A DNA stretch of 63,654 bases, counting the filler, from Octopus bimaculoides (lineage: Eukaryota), in NCBI RefSeq assembly GCF_001194135.2. It is 5 parts of 5 records of this genome, joined end to end, with 100 filler letters (N's around TTAATTAATTAA, not from the genome) between each part and the next. Parts side by side here need not be neighbours in the genome. Positions count along the whole stretch, not along the records: positions 24,920 to 45,196 come from NC_068993.1; positions 45,297 to 63,654 come from NC_068990.1; 3 more parts are not named here. The stretch is one strand, 5' to 3'. This document shows, in pieces, positions 38,330 through 53,740 of the stretch. The notes beneath the pieces were generated by a model. It saw only the letters and a program-made list of their open reading frames with translations, had not been told where the DNA came from and searched no databases. Within the stretch, counting starts at the first letter, position 1, and each line of letters opens with the position of its first letter. The translations under genes were made by a program, and so were the position numbers.

Positions 38330-41135
38330 GAACATGGCCTTTTTTCGAAAAGAAAGAAAAAGAGAAAGCAAATAAAAAAGTAAATAATAAATGAATAAAT
38401 AACAAAGAAAGAGAAGAGAGAGAAAAGAAGGAATAAAAACTAAGTAAATAGAATAAAATAAAATAGACTACACCAAACTACACATTCGCTCGTCAATCAC
38501 TCATAAAATCTTAATGCAGTTCTACAAGAAGTGACGTTAGAGGACTACCACGCGGTTACAGACTCCACCTTTTATAAAATTCCTCTTGCTTGCTTTCATT
38601 GTATGATCTGTTTTTTATTTCAATTAGATATCCGTCGTGCACAAAATATCTAAAATGTTTGAAGATGAGAGTGGTTTTTGACACTTTGCTTTTATATGTA
38701 AAAAATAACTTTGCTAATAATATTAGCAAGTCAAAAATGCCATCAGTATATGTGTTTTTTCTCAACCCGAACAGAACGAGGTGTGGCTCAAGTTTCAGGT
38801 TGCGAACATGTATGCACTTTTCATACAGCAAATCTAAAAAGCATTGCCAGAAGGCCTGTACACATTCACAATACCAGAAAAAGGTGTGATACCGTCTCCA
38901 CTTCACGTTGACAAAAAGTGCACAGGTTGCTTTCGGTCAATTTAATCTTGAATAGTAGAGAATTAGTTGCTGGAATATTGCGTATAATTCTGAACTGGAA
39001 CCATCGTAGTTTAGTATCTGTTGTTGTCTTTATAGGTAGTAAAAATATTTTTTCCCATTCCAGTTCAGCAAGCACCCTTCCCATTTGTGTTTGAATATTA
39101 AACAAGCATCAACATAGTTTAAAACATAGCAGAATCGTTTGGCTCCTTTCTTAACAGACATGAGCTTTCGGATAGCTGTATTATCCTCTAAATGTTGGGA
39201 AGCAGTAGATTTGCTTATTTTAAACTTTGTTTGGTAGCTTTTAATGGCCCTGATAAGCCAATTATACCGGAGAAAATATGTATCTAATTCAAAAAATTCT
39301 GGAATTCTTCAAGGGTTCGGTAGGATCCATCTAAATTGAAAACGTCACGAATCTAGCTAACACCTCTCTCAAACCACGTAAGAAAAAAGATTGCCTCTTT
39401 ACCGACACTTAAATGTTTATTAAAGTAAATTGGTTCTGTTATGAATTCATCAAATGAATTAGGCTCTGTCTTATTTGTAAACTTGTCAAAGGCAGAAATA
39501 CAATCATGCTAAAAATCATTCCTGATAGTGTTAGCTAGTTTGCTCGGGGAAACGTTTCCAAATACAGCTAAATTTTTCAGTTTTGCGGAGGAGGCCTAGC
39601 ATAAGTGTTTCCATTTGGATTCATAGTGAATGTCAAGCAACTTTCTCATCCAGGATAGCTTTAAAGAGTTGACGTAAGCAAAAGCTTTGGCCATACCAAG
39701 TCCACCTTCTTTAACAGGCTTACAAGCAACAACCCTCTTAATTTTATCAGGTGTTCCACTCCAGAGAAATTTAAATATTTTGTTTAGTTTCTGGAGAAAT
39801 TTACCCGGTGGATTTGGGAGAGTAAGGAAGAGATAGTTAAATTTTGAAATGTGTAGTGATTTTATAACCGCAATTCTACCCCGTGGTGTAATTATTCTTT
39901 TCATCCATCTATTTATTATTACCTAAATTTCAAATAATTTATTTTCAAAATCCTTTTTGGTCATATCCTTTAAATCTGTTGAGCATGTTACATCCAAAAG
40001 CTTGAAGTAATCTGGGTTCCATTTTATATTTAAATTAGGTAAGTATCTGACTGAACTACCCCATCATGAACCTATCCATATCACCTGAGACTTATATTTA
40101 AATTTAATTACGGATATATCAGAGATAAAAATTCAAGGTGTCAACTGTGGCTTCAAAAGACTCTTGCGAAACGTCTAAAATGAACTCTGTATCGTCTGCA
40201 TATTGCGTCAACAGATACTCCCCACCATCAACTGTGATTCCTTTAATATCTCGTTTTTTTTTCTTATAAGAACAGCCAAGACCTCGACGCAGAGAATAAA
40301 AATATATGGAGGGAGAGGATTGCCCTGTCTACAGCCCCGCTCAACAGGGAACCAAGGAGACAATGTACCATTAATTGTCAGGCAAGATCTAGGACCATTG
40401 TACAGAATATTGAACCACTTACGGATGTCATCGCTAAAAACAAAAAAAAAATCTGTCTTGTTTGTAAATGACCATGAGACAGAATAAAATGCCTTCTCAA
40501 AATCTATTAAAAACAACATACCCAGTATGTTGTTTGATTCTGTGTAGTTCATCAGAATCATATATCAATCTGACGTTGTTCCCAATGGATCTATTAGATA
40601 TGAACCCTGTTTGGTCAGTACCAACCAACTTTGGAAGGATACTTTAAAACCTCTCAGTAATAACAGATGAGTGTAGTTTGTAGGCAGTATTGAGAAGTGA
40701 AATAGGTCTCCGGTTCTTCAAAAAACGCTTGGGCTTATCTCCTTTTGGAATACGAGTAATAATACCTTGCCTCTGTGTCACTGACAGATAACCCTTGGCA
40801 AAGCTATAGTTGAATGACCTCAACAAAAAGGACGTAAATCTTTCCAAAAGAATTTATGAAAATCATCCAGAGTTATTGGGCCTTCCAATGAGTCAGAATT
40901 TCCCTTACTAACCCTATACAGGTTCTCTTCAGAAAAAAAGTTGATCAAGATCACAATCTTTCCGCACATGCTCGTTAGAAGAATACAATCTTTTGTAAAA
41001 TGATGTTGCCTCAAGAACAATATCCTTTGTATTTTATATAGTAGATCCATTATCTAGCTCTAATTGGGGCCATGCCTTTACTTACAAAATTGCTATTTTC
41101 TAGATTGCAAAATTAACGGCTAATCTTCTCCCCGT
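38330..41135 (-). mobile_element. 5'-truncated decayed L1/Tx1-clade LINE ORF2
   Basis: QRQGIITRIPKGDK..RPISLLNTAYK, LIDFEKAFYSVSW, RGCRQGNPLPPYIF, QYADDT, WFQFRI..CTFCQREVETVSHLF (CCHC finger). Confidence 0.93.
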
Positions 41136-41192
41136 CATCTATCCTTTATCTGAAATTTGAATGTTTTGCAGAAACACACCTATACACATACA

Positions 41193-41228
<36 letters not shown>

Positions 41229-41250
41229 TGTGTGTATATATATGTATATA

Positions 41251-41284
<34 letters not shown>

Positions 41285-41321
41285 NNNNNNNNNNCACACA
41301 CACACACACACACACACACAT

Positions 41322-41378
<57 letters not shown>

Positions 41379-42006
41379 CACATCCATGCATATGTACATA
41401 CACTCAAAAAGATATATGATATAAATAAATGAATAATTAAAGAAATAAATGGATAAAGTAGAAAAGTAAATAAATAAATAAGACGTGTTCGTATAAAGGG
41501 ATGAAGAGACACTGAAAATAACAGAAAATATAGCAATGAGAAAAGCTGAGAGAAAACCAGAACAAGAAAAGAAAGCCAGAAGAAAGAAAGGATATTTGAA
41601 TAGGAGAATATATAAAAGAAAGAGAGAATGGTGGATGCGTAAGCGTAAATAATTCGCGGACACGAAGCGGACACTGGCTGTGATTACGTTACGTAGAAAC
41701 GGTTAATCAGTAGCTAATTTACGATATCAGAGGTCGGCATATGTCAAAGAAACTCGCCGTCTCTCTGTCCTTGAGGTCGAAAATAAAAGCTAAACTGTGC
41801 TTGGTATTTGCCATACATGTTCAACAACTATCTTCACCTGTGAATTACGATGAATAAAAGAATATCAGAAATAGACGAAGGAATAAAATGTAATAAAAAT
41901 AATGTAAGGGGGGAAAACAACGATCCATTAGTGTTTTATGCATACGTACATACATACATACATACGTACGTACGTACTTATGTATGTATGTATGTATGTA
42001 TGTATG

Positions 42007-42055
<49 letters not shown>

Positions 42056-42185
42056 TGCTTATACATATATCATCTATCTATCTATTTTTTTGTCCTATAC
42101 ATGCATATACATATACAGAAGTACATTTATATATGTGTATATGTAACTGTGTGTGCATGTATGTGTGTGTGTGTGCATGTATGTA

Positions 42186-42225
<40 letters not shown>

Positions 42226-42419
42226 CGTGTGCGTGCGTGTGAGTGCGTTTAGTATCTGTAAGTGCTATTTCTTCTTCGGAAGAAGTGACTTTTATTGAAT
42301 TAGGTTGCTGTCATTGAGTTTGGTGCAACCCGATGCATAAAGTTGCTGCATACTCTTCGTACATCGGGCAACGACTTACCGAATACACAAATAAGCACAA
42401 ACATTATTACACACACACA

Positions 42420-42464
<45 letters not shown>

Positions 42465-43814
42465 CGCAATTGATACGTTCTTGTAGCTAGAAATTCTTAA
42501 GAGAGCCTTCATTTTAGAATTTACCGAATATGTTAGGTCAACTGCCCCCATAACAGTATCATTTTCACACTGCTACCAGCACCACCTTCACTGCTCGTAC
42601 CAGAAACCCTAACTGCTTTCTACTAATACAAATACTACTATATGGCCATATCAATAGGGAGGATTAAGATCCATTGAGACCCCTAGGCTCTTAAAAGGTT
42701 TTGATGTCTCCATATATATGTAATTTAAAATATAAGCAATAATAATATTTATTTTTGTGTACTTCTAATTCATTTATGTTTAATAAATTTTCTCTTCACT
42801 ATTACACTATAAACAATTCGAAATTATTGTTGCGATCATATAAACCACTTCGAATATTAGCAAGTTTAAAGTGATTTCTTTTGTGCAGTAAACTATTTAC
42901 CATTTCAGTGGTTCTCCCTTTCGTTGATGCCCTGTACTTGTACCAAAACGGCACTAACTTTACACAGACTTAGCAACACCACAAATATACCACATCCACA
43001 TCTACTTTTCGTACTGCTTTCAACACCCCAACCGGCGTCACAAGACCATTATTTCCTTCACCAGCACTAAATCCACATCACACCCAACATCATAGCACTA
43101 AGACCACTTTCATCACCCTGATCTGTATTCAGATATCCCTCACCCCTATGCGATCTCTAAATGACTTAAACGGCCTTCATACCAGCCCCTTCGACCAGTT
43201 CCTCCACTCACTTCTTTACATCTCTGCAAAACAATATTTGTCTTCATTGATAGCGATGTGTCAGAATAAATAATTTAATCTGTTGGTCTGTTTGCGAACG
43301 TATGCGTGTGTTATATGAGTGTGCATGTGGATGTGTGTGTGCGTGTATGTATGTAGTAGCTCGCGAGCGCGTGTGTACGTACACACTTGTTTTTACATAT
43401 ATATATGTATGAGTGTCTTAGTTTGTAAGGCATATACATGTGTTTGTTTATTGATGGTACGCAAGTGGGGTTATTTCTTAGATGCATTATGCACCATGCA
43501 GATACACACATGCATGCTCCACACACATAAACACATACAAACACACACATACACACAAAAACACACATACACATACACACACATATATAGCCACGCCGCA
43601 CGTATGCTTATATACGAACATACTTATGTGTGTATGCAGTGTGTATACTTGTACGACTATACGCATTTGTAAGGTCTAACGTTGCGGTTTCAATACAATG
43701 CAGTGTTCCTGCAGTCATGGGGAAATACATGGGAGTGGTGGCAAGATGAGATACAGGAAGTAAATTTGGGGGTAGAGTTTAGATGAAGGGTAAAATACGA
43801 TGAGATAACGTTTG

Positions 43815-43830
43815 TGATGGTGATGCTGAT

Positions 43831-43873
<43 letters not shown>

Positions 43874-44110
43874 GATGATGATGATGATGATGATGAAGGT
43901 GGTAGAGGTGGAGATGGTGGTGGAAGTGGTAGTCGTGATGCTGATGTTGGTGGAAGTGGTGATGATGACGACCACGACGACGATGGTGATGATGATGATG
44001 GTGAGAATGATGATGATGATGTCTGTGATGACAACAATAATGTAGTAATGTGTACTCACGGTGGTGGTTTTGGTAATAGAGGTGGTGCTTGTGATTGCGG
44101 TGGTTATAGG
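43815..44110. repeat. (GAT/GGT)n trinucleotide repeat region
   Basis: Source of the spurious poly-D, poly-M, poly-I and poly-S ORFs. Confidence 0.95.
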
Positions 44111-44631
44111 AATTTAAAGGTTATCGATGGTAGGTGGGGGATGTAAGGGTGGGGGCATGCAGTATGTATGCTTGTAAAGTAAAAGAGTGATAGAGGTCTA
44201 TGAAACAGACACTTGGGCGTCAGAGCTAAGCCATAGTTTGACCTCCATCGGACGAGATTATTGCAGTTTTAGCATTCCATAGCATGCACCGAACGAGTGA
44301 ATTTAATTAGTAACTAAATGAAGAAGAGAAAAACATCACAGGGCAAATAAACAAAACATACTACTACTAAGAAGAAGAAGAAGGAGAAGAAGAAGAAGAA
44401 GAAGAAGAAGAAGAAGAAGAAGAAGAAGAAGAAGAAGAAGAAGAAGAAGAAGAAGAAGAAGAAGAAGAAGAAGAAGAAGAAGAAGAAGAAGAAAAAGAAG
44501 AAGAAGAAGAAGAAGAAGAAGGAAATACTGAAAGAAAAAGGAGATGAAAATGTGGGTGTGAAAGTTATACATGGATGATAACTAAGTTGATTGGGAGTCA
44601 TACGCAGAATGTGTGTATGCGTTTGTGTAGG

Positions 44632-44662
<31 letters not shown>

Positions 44663-44703
44663 TTGATTGTATGACAAACTTTGTATATCATAAAAGAGCG
44701 CAA

Positions 44704-44744
<41 letters not shown>

Positions 44745-44871
44745 TGAAAAAGTGAGAGTGAGAGAGTAATTAGCTGCATATGTGTATGTATACATCATAT
44801 ATGCATAAAATGCATATGTTCTAAACATATACACACACATATATACATATACATACGCACACAGATATATC

Positions 44872-44902
<31 letters not shown>

Positions 44903-45075
44903 TATATATATATATACACACACATATATATAATATATGTGCACATATAATGCAAGCGTATGTGTATGAGTTTGTGTGTATACGCATAGAAACATTTCGA
45001 CATTAATGATTAAATACAAAGATTGGATGATAGGGAGATAGATATTTAAATAGTTAGATAGATAGATTGAGAGAA

Positions 45076-45125
<50 letters not shown>

Positions 45126-45129
45126 GGAG

Positions 45130-45196
<67 letters not shown>

Positions 45197-45299
45197 NNNN
45201 NNNNNNNNNNNNNNNNNNNNNNNNNNNNNNNNNNNNNNNNTTAATTAATTAANNNNNNNNNNNNNNNNNNNNNNNNNNNNNNNNNNNNNNNNNNNNAGG

Positions 45300-45760
45300 T
45301 GGCTTCATCAATCACACGTGCCATCCTTGCTACATTTTCACCCATCTTTTTTTGAAACATTCATTAGACAAAACTTCCCTCTCTACTCTCACCTTCCTCT
45401 TCAGATGATACTTGAAGAAGTTGATGAGAGATTCACCAGAGAGGAAAGTCTTTGTCTCTAGACTTTTCAAAAGCGTCCACCAGACACATTCTTTCGCCAT
45501 AGCCACAAGTACGATGAAAATGGCTCTTCTCTCCCGTTTCAGGGAAGGAGGCGCGACAATATTCACGAAAGACTCGGTTGATAAACCGACTCGTCCCACA
45601 CGCAATAGCAGTCGTTCGACATAAGCTCACAGGTCGGAAATGGTTGGACACTGTACGAGTGCGTGCAGAAAGGTTTCGTCACTCTGACCGCATCTTGAGC
45701 AGGTCGGCCCCGTGTTTCTCGAGCTGAGACGATAGAAACTGGAGAGCACTAAATGCGGGC
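45300..45760 (-). mobile_element. 3' fragment of a second L1/Tx1-like LINE
   Basis: PTCSRCGQSDETFLHALVQC finger followed by AKECVWWTLLKSLE..KRKVRVER..FKKRW. Confidence 0.8.
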
Positions 45761-46129
45761 TGTATGGGGTAAGGGAGCACTGGGCAGCAACATTAGCCGA
45801 CTACTATTTAGCCGACCCGTTGCTGAAGATGTGTGTTGTAAGTAAATGGGGACCATTTTCAAATTCTTAAGTGACCTATTCCTCTTAATGGCTTCTGTAA
45901 GATTTGTGAGTGTCTCATTGTACTGCTCGTTGTTCACAGTAAGCACATTACACTAAAATCAAGGAGAGTGTTACCTTTATCGTGGACAAGGAAATTATAA
46001 AAAAAACAGTCTTCATGACTTACCGGGTGGATCGCTGCCTCATTGATTTCTCCAGGTCTTTAAGAAGAGATGTAAGACTTTTTATTCCATGAACTGAGGC
46101 TTCGTTTCAGACTCGTAAAGATACACTCA

Positions 46130-46560
46130 TGTTTTGTCTCCTTCACTAGATCGGGAAATATGTATTTTTACTAGCTTCAAACACTTGCTGCATATCAGAG
46201 GAGATTTCACCCGTCTTTCAAACTGAGTATCAACTGCTGAGGCACCCACTCTGTACACGCTTTTCAGTATCAGAAATTTTCCATAATGTTTTTGTCCATA
46301 ATTGTGCAGCGTGTTCATAGATTGTGACTCGTCTGGCTTCATGAATCAATTCATCCACTCGTAAACGATTTCTGTTACTGGTCAGAGCAGAATGCCTCTT
46401 ACTGCATGGTTTAGACATTGTATTTGTCAAAGCTTTCTCCATAAACAATCAGTAAATGTAGGACAGCCTATATCTCACCTCCTTCAAGAATCCTATGACG
46501 GCAAGTCACTTCTATTTGGAGCCCATTGTTTTCCTGCTATGAAAAGTGTAGGAAAACAAT
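46130..46560 (-). mobile_element. mariner transposase N-terminal remnant
   Basis: RVDELIHEARRVTI followed by a frameshifted RKVSARWV-like segment (HTH region of mariner transposases). Confidence 0.75.
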
Positions 46561-46609
46561 AACGATAGAAGACGAGTAACTTTATCTAGCATGAGTTATT
46601 TGATTACAG

Positions 46610-46810
46610 ATTTTGACACAAGACCTGCAATTTCGGGTTAGTGGAATAGATCGATTACATCCGCCCCATTGTTCAACTGGTACTTATTTTATCGACCTCG
46701 ATATATGAAAGCAAAGACGACCTCAGCGGAATTTGAACTCAGAACGAACAGAGGGACAAAATGCCGCTAAGCATAATATTCGTCTCGCTAAAGATTCAGC
46801 CAGCTTGCAG
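46610..46810 (-). mobile_element. SINE family B
   Basis: Reverse complement of the family B core. Confidence 0.75.
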
Positions 46811-47511
46811 CCATTAATATGAGTATTTTGAATGCCCTACATTAGTTAATAAAAATGTAATGCCCAGGTTTACATAGTTTCGAAGAAAAAAAAACACTAT
46901 TTTTGTGTGTCTATGTAAGGGTGTGTGTGCATGTACATGTGTGTGCGTGAATTGTCAGTATAATGGTGTGGCCGTTCTGGGGCACGCCATTAACGTCAAT
47001 GCTTGCTTATTTCAAACTCACTTCCCGGGGGCTTGTGTCCAGAATTGGTGTTGACAAAGTTGTGAGTTGGACAGTGGTGGCCATTAAACGTAATGCTTGA
47101 CATACCGGGAATAAAACCAAGGACCCCTTAGTGAACGCCCGAATCCCAACCACTATTATTACTCATATAGGTGTGTATATGCGTCTGTGTGTGTGTGTAT
47201 GCGTGTGTGTGCGAGTGTGTGTGCATAAATGTATATATGCATGTATGCATGTATGTATGTATGTATGTATGTACGGATGTATTTGAAAGAAAAGCATTAT
47301 CATAAAGAAAAAACTGAATAGTTAAGACGAGGATTTCTTGAGCATAACTGACCAAGGGCTAAATAAAAACAGTAATAAGAAATGTAATTGAGATTCATAC
47401 ACTTGTCTGTTTTTATAGCAAATTACATATTAAAAACATTTTAGCCAGCATAACATAATTCACTATTCTGTCATCGGAAGTTTTAAATAACCAGTACAAA
47501 AACACACACAC

Positions 47512-47544
<33 letters not shown>

Positions 47545-47571
47545 TGTATGTATGTATGTATGTATATACGT

Positions 47572-47616
<45 letters not shown>

Positions 47617-48245
47617 CGTATGACTTTCGCGTCTAAGCGTCAATCTGCACGATCCGTTCTCCGGCTTGTTTTTCAGTTTGATTTATGAAACTAAAATACA
47701 CACACATATGACAATTTCATCTGTAAATCAGAAAATATTCCAGGCGGATTTGTATGTAATTTATTGCTAACTGGTTTTGTTTACTTTATCTCTGTTATTT
47801 CTAAACTATTGAATAAATTACAAAAGTAAAATAAAATAANNNNNNNNNNNNNNNNNNNNNNNNNNNNNNNNNNNNNNNNNNNNNNNNNNNNNNNNNNNNN
47901 NNNNNNNNNNNNNNNNNNNNNNNNNNNNNNNNNNNNNNNNNNNNNNNNNNNNNNNNNNNNNNNNNNNNNNNNNNNNNNNNNNNNNNNNNNNNNNNNNNNN
48001 NNNNNNNNNNNNNNNNNNNNNNNNNNNNNNNNNNNNNNNNNNNNNNNNNNNNNNNNNNNNNNNNNNNNNNNNNNNNNNNNNNNNNNNNNNNNNNNNNNNN
48101 NNNNNNNNNNNNNNNNNNNNNNNNNNNNNNNNNNNNNNNNNNNNNNNNNNNNNNNNNNNNNNNNNNNNNNNNNNNNNNNNNNNNNNNNNNNNNNNNNNNN
48201 NNNNNNNNNNNNNNNNNNNNNNNNNNNNNNNNNNNNNNNNNNNNN

Positions 48246-48283
<38 letters not shown>

Positions 48284-49399
48284 TGTAAATATACATATAG
48301 ATGTATTTGTGTGTCGATTTGTGTGTGTTTGTCTATTTGTGTGTGTGTACGTGTGTGTGTTTGTGCGCGCGCAGTTTTTTTAATATTTTTATTAATTCTT
48401 CACAAACTATAGCATCCTCTTACATTCAATTATTTGCCTCTATCTTTAATAGAATTTACGAACCATTTTTTAAAGATAGATAACGTATTTTACGCAAATA
48501 AAAACGGCATACATTTGAATTTTAATACATCACTATTGACATCTTGTACGTTTAGAAATGATATATGTTTTGTCTCGTTGAAAACAAATGTTGAGAAAAA
48601 AATATTTATTATTAATATTACTTTTTTATCTGATTTTGTTTTCAAATATGAAAGCATAGCTACTTCACTTTATCGGCAAATTATTGCAAGTTTCCTGGAG
48701 AAAGGCAAATAGGTATTTTATTATATGACTTTCAATTTGTTTACTTTTTAACAATATTAATACTGAACCCGAAATTAAATAGCAGTCAAAGGTTGTTATC
48801 GATTTTTATCTAGTTATTTGCATCATCAGTGAGCTATAATAACGTACTCTATGGCTATTAATTACCCTTTAAATCTTCAACAGTAACATTGTCCTCTCTA
48901 CAAATAGAGCTTTATTTTCCTTCCCCCATACTTTAAGAAGTAAAAATGCTAATCTTTTATTAAATTTTCTCCATAGTAACTTATTAATCCAATAAAAAAT
49001 ACCGCTGAAATGTTTTCGACCTCAAGAACTTTTAGATCTAGATTAATTGCATTAAACAATGTTCAACCGAGAATACTTCTTTAGAATCTATAATGTTATT
49101 GTTGTTGTTGTTTGGTCGTTGCTCATCTCTCATCAAGCAGAGCTATTTTCAAAATCATAGTGAATGTGTAGCGTTATCCAAAAAATCGTAAGACTTCTTA
49201 AATGTCCCTTCTCCCCAACTAATCTCCTCTCGGTATTCGATATGGCTTTTCTTGTCAAAGTTTCTCGACTCAAAATATTTATATATTTCAATCATTCTAA
49301 GATCTGCTATGAATTTGCGCGATTAGTTTTTGCTGGTGGGATCTAATAGGAATAGAACATGTCTGAAGTTCTGTGCTAAGTATGACCTTAAACTACATC

Positions 49400-49900
49400 C
49401 AGCAATGGCTACTAAATCGGAGTTCCAGAGTTTTGAGAAGTGTGGAATCATCTCTTAACCACTTTACTTCCAGATCTGCTCTTTTCCAGAGCAATAGCCT
49501 CTGTCAGAGTTAGTCTCCGAGCCAAAGATTAATTAGAATGTCAAGGAACTGCCTCAAGGAGAACGCCTCTCAAAGACATCACAAGATAGACAAAGCGCCT
49601 TTGCGCTTCAGCTCTTTAGCTGCTCATCTAAGAGAAGGTAACTCCACACAAATCCTGCATCATGATAACTAATAGGCACGTGGTACTTGTTGCACCAGAT
49701 GAAGACAGGTTTGAAGAACGAGAGAATGGAACTGACTCTGCATCAAACACAGCCATCACAATAGAATACCTGCCCGGTGCCTTATATGGGTAATTTATTG
49801 AGCATCTTAAAAACATCTAAGGTAGAAAATCTAGAGGGAGGGACACTAAGGCAGATATGTGCAGTTATACTTAATTAATATCTGACCGACATCCTCTGCA
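49400..49900 (+). mobile_element. mariner transposase DDD-domain remnant
   Basis: The + frame gives QILHHDN**ARG (LLHHDNARPH-like) followed by a degenerate W..L.H...SPDL region. Confidence 0.6.
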
Positions 49901-50959
49901 ACTCCAAACTTGCTGCAAAAGTATTTACTTGTCTCTCTTCCATGGCGAATCCTTGAATGGAGAGGTGAAAGTTTACTTGAGGTTAGGGACTTGAGTTTGT
50001 AAACAACCCAGGCACAGCAGAAATAGTTAAGGTACAGTCACTGCATTTACGTCGATCAAAGGCCAAACATTTCTGAAGTTATCACAGAAATTTCCAAGAC
50101 CGGACTCCTTTTGCTTTGAACACTCATTGAAATTTGAAATTTATTTTGATTTCAAAGTTGTCTCCCTTAAAGTTCTTGACAAGAATAACTCATTAATGCT
50201 AATGGATGTTACTTCTCACTACCAAATTATGAATTTACGCGTTTAAAAACATACTTGACTCACTAGGTCGAATATATTAATCCCACTTAACTATATATTT
50301 TCATGCCACTGACGTCCCCGGGTAATTCCCTCTCAAAAATATAACTGTAGCCTTAGTTTTTCCATATACGAATCAGAATTATCGTTGCTAGCTGACATCA
50401 GTCATCGGACACAAACATCATGAAGGTTACTCACAATATAAAATCTCTCTTTCTTTTATTTTATCCTCTTTAATTATTTATTTTTTGTTTCTAAATCTAG
50501 ACAACTTGCTCAGGGGAATTAGAGAATAATATATAAGACATCTCTCTATCAACACTGTCACGTTCTTGGATAACGTTATTCCCCCAAAGAAAACAAAACC
50601 AGAAGATATCTTTTCTTCACCTCCTACTTAGTCTAAATGAGCAACATCGCTGCTGCAAGATTCAAGCAAACAAATGTCAATATATATTTCTGCCTTACGA
50701 TCGAATAATCTGTTGTTGTAGCTGCTGCTGTTGCTGCTGCTGTTGTTGTTCTTGCTGCTGCAGTTGCCGTTAGTTGCTCTTTAGTCCCTAGTCAGCCCTG
50801 GTGTTCTTACTATCTCTTTTGGAGCTCGTTGGGTGTTGAACTTCGAGTATAATGTTCATGCCTTCATTAAGACGCTAGGTTGTGTTTCGAAGGAGGTTTA
50901 GTTCCTATGGCTGACAATCTGTAGGGGCCCGTACTCTGTTGGAACGGAATTACAATCTA

Positions 50960-51530
50960 TTTTATGCATGTATGCTTGTATGCATGTATGTATGTATGTA
51001 TGTATGTATGTATGTGTGTGTGTCTACGTACGTACGTATGTAAGTATGTACGTATGTACGTACGTATATGTATGTATATACGCATGTATTTAAGTATGTG
51101 TGTATGTATGTATATGCATATATGCATAGATACACGCATTCATTGAACACACACACATACATACATGCATACATACATGCATACATACACACTCATACAT
51201 ACATACATGCATACATACATACATACATACATGAATTCATACGCAAATATATTTATATACGTATGCATATATAAATGTATGTGTATATGAATGTGTGTAT
51301 GTATGTATGTATGTATGTATATGCATATATGCATAGATACATGCATTCATTGAACACACACACATACATGCATACATGCATACACACACATACATACATA
51401 CATACATACATACATACATACATACATACATACATACATGAATTCATACGCAAATATATTTATATACGTATGCATATATAATGTATGTGTATATGAATGC
51501 TTGCACGCATGTATTATTGTATGAATATAT
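50960..51530. repeat. (TACA/TATG)n mosaic containing a 207-bp tandem duplication
   Basis: atgaattcatacgcaaatatatttatatacgtatgc occurs at 51231 and 51438. Confidence 0.9.
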
Positions 51531-51695
51531 ATGTGTACGTGCGTATGTTTAAGTAGGAGTATGTGTGTGAGTGCGTGCGTAAGCGTATAATGAAACAGAT
51601 GTACGCTTATCCTTCTGTGTACAAAAGAAATTCAGATGAAAGCAATACAACTTAATTGCTGGCTAGTATTTAATATAACAATACTATATACATAC

Positions 51696-52088
51696 AGGAG
51701 TGGCTGTGTGGTAAGAAGCTTGCTTACCAGCCACATGGTTCCATGTTCAGTCCCACTGCATGGCACTTTGAGCAAGTGTCTTCTGCGATAGCCTCGGGCC
51801 GATCAAAGCCCTGTGAATGAATTTGGTAGACGGAAACTAAAAGAAGCCCGTTGTAGATATATATGTACTTGTGTGTGTTTGTGTGCTCGTGTGTGTATTT
51901 ATTTGCCTGTGTTCCCCCATCCCCACCATCGCTGATGCTGGTGTGTTTACGTCCCCGTAACTTAGCGGTTCGGCAAAAGAGGCCGATAGAATAAGTAGTT
52001 GGCTTACAAAGTGTTGGGGTCGATTTGTTCGACTAAAAGGCGGTACTCGGCGCAGAGCCGCAGTCAAATAACTGAAACAAGTAAAAGA
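51696..52088 (+). mobile_element. SINE family A
   Basis: Full head-to-tail match; followed by a minus-strand SINE-B at about 52170-52360. Confidence 0.88.
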
Positions 52089-52154
<66 letters not shown>

Positions 52155-52532
52155 CCACGTATATATCCTTTCTACTATAGGCACAAGGCCTGGATTATGT
52201 AGGAAGGAGGAGTTGATCACATCGACACCATTACTCAACTGGTACATGATTGATCGACCCCGAAAGGATGAAAGGTAAAGTCTACCTCGGCGGAATTTGA
52301 ACTCGGAATGTAGCGGCAGACGAAATACGGCTATGCATTGAACCCGGCGTGCTAACGATTATGCGCACGTATAAATGATGTACGTACGTATGTGTGTGTG
52401 TGAGTGTATGATGTGCATGTGCTTTTGTCTGTACATGTAATCCCGGTGTGATTAGGCTGAGAAGTTATAAAATTGTTTCAGTCAAATATTTTCATTACAT
52501 TATAAAAAGGTATTTATTTTCCTATTGAGAGA

Positions 52533-52536
<4 letters not shown>

Positions 52537-52612
<76 letters not shown>
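52537..52612. repeat. (AAT)n microsatellite
   Basis: Pure repeat. Confidence 0.99.
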
Positions 52613-52615
<3 letters not shown>

Positions 52616-53740
52616 CAGAAATAACTTGGATACTTTTAGGTCAGAAATATTTTAGTTTAGTTTAGTCTTTACGTTTTGTATTTTAATTCTTTTTTTTTTA
52701 GGATGGGTTTCTTTGTTTAATTTTCTTTATGTATATGAGGATTTACTGTTGGAGACCGGAGATTAATCAATCAATAATCAGCTCTATTATTTCTTTAATT
52801 CTCGTATTGTTCAGATTACAAAAGGATAAGGAGTGGTTCTTTTGAGGCTCGTAAAATGGCGAAGAAATGAGATTATCCCCCGTGAACAATAAAATAGAAT
52901 AGAGAAAAATCTCTTATTGTTTCATGATATTTTTCTTTCAATTCTCTTTGATCGAGACGATTTATTATCCGCCTCCTTGAAAATATTTTTGTTTGAAACT
53001 TGCCTTGCACCTGTTTCTCATCCTTCCCTACCTATTTCTAACCTTTTATTCTGCTTTCTGGCAGAAACAAAAGCTGAACAATTTCCACTGTAGGTTTTTA
53101 TGGTTGTTCAGATGTCACAGCGTTTATCATCTGAACGACTCAAGGCCATTCCTGTTCACGTTAGTGGTGAAACTGTCAAAATCATGTGTTCGGACAATGC
53201 GAATAACAAAGTACATGTTTTTATGTGGATGAGTGTCCTTGTGTGTGTGTGTGTGTGTGTCAGAGATAGATAGATTGCTAGAGAGGAAGAGACAGGGAGA
53301 GAGGACGTGTGTGTTGCGGTTTTTTTTTCTCCTTATAGTCATGACATGTGTCTGTGTATAAAAAAAATACAGTCATTTACCCTTATATTTTTCCACTACA
53401 AATCGTTATACCAATCTGCTAATATGCCTTGAAGCATCTTCAGTATTTAGATCTTATACTTTTGAACAGGCGTGTTAAGCTTCATCTAACAATTTTATTG
53501 TTTTTTCAATTCATTGTTTTATCTTCTGAAGCGAGAAGCAAAATTTGTAGTGGTTCCCGATGATGTACGACTAAAAAGTTGTTTGCTTTTTCTTTTCTCT
53601 TTTACTAGTTTTACTCATTAGACTGCACCCATACAGGGGTACCGCCTTGAACAATTTATTTTAGTCGAATGAATCGACACCTAGTACTTAGTTTTTGTTA
53701 AGCCTGGTACTTATTCTAGCGGTTTCTTTTATTTATATAA

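Noticed and set aside
52815-52870. Possible terminal exon (DYKRIRSGSFEARKMAKK*)
   Set aside because: Only an acceptor and a short frame, with no homology or link to the cadherin exons.
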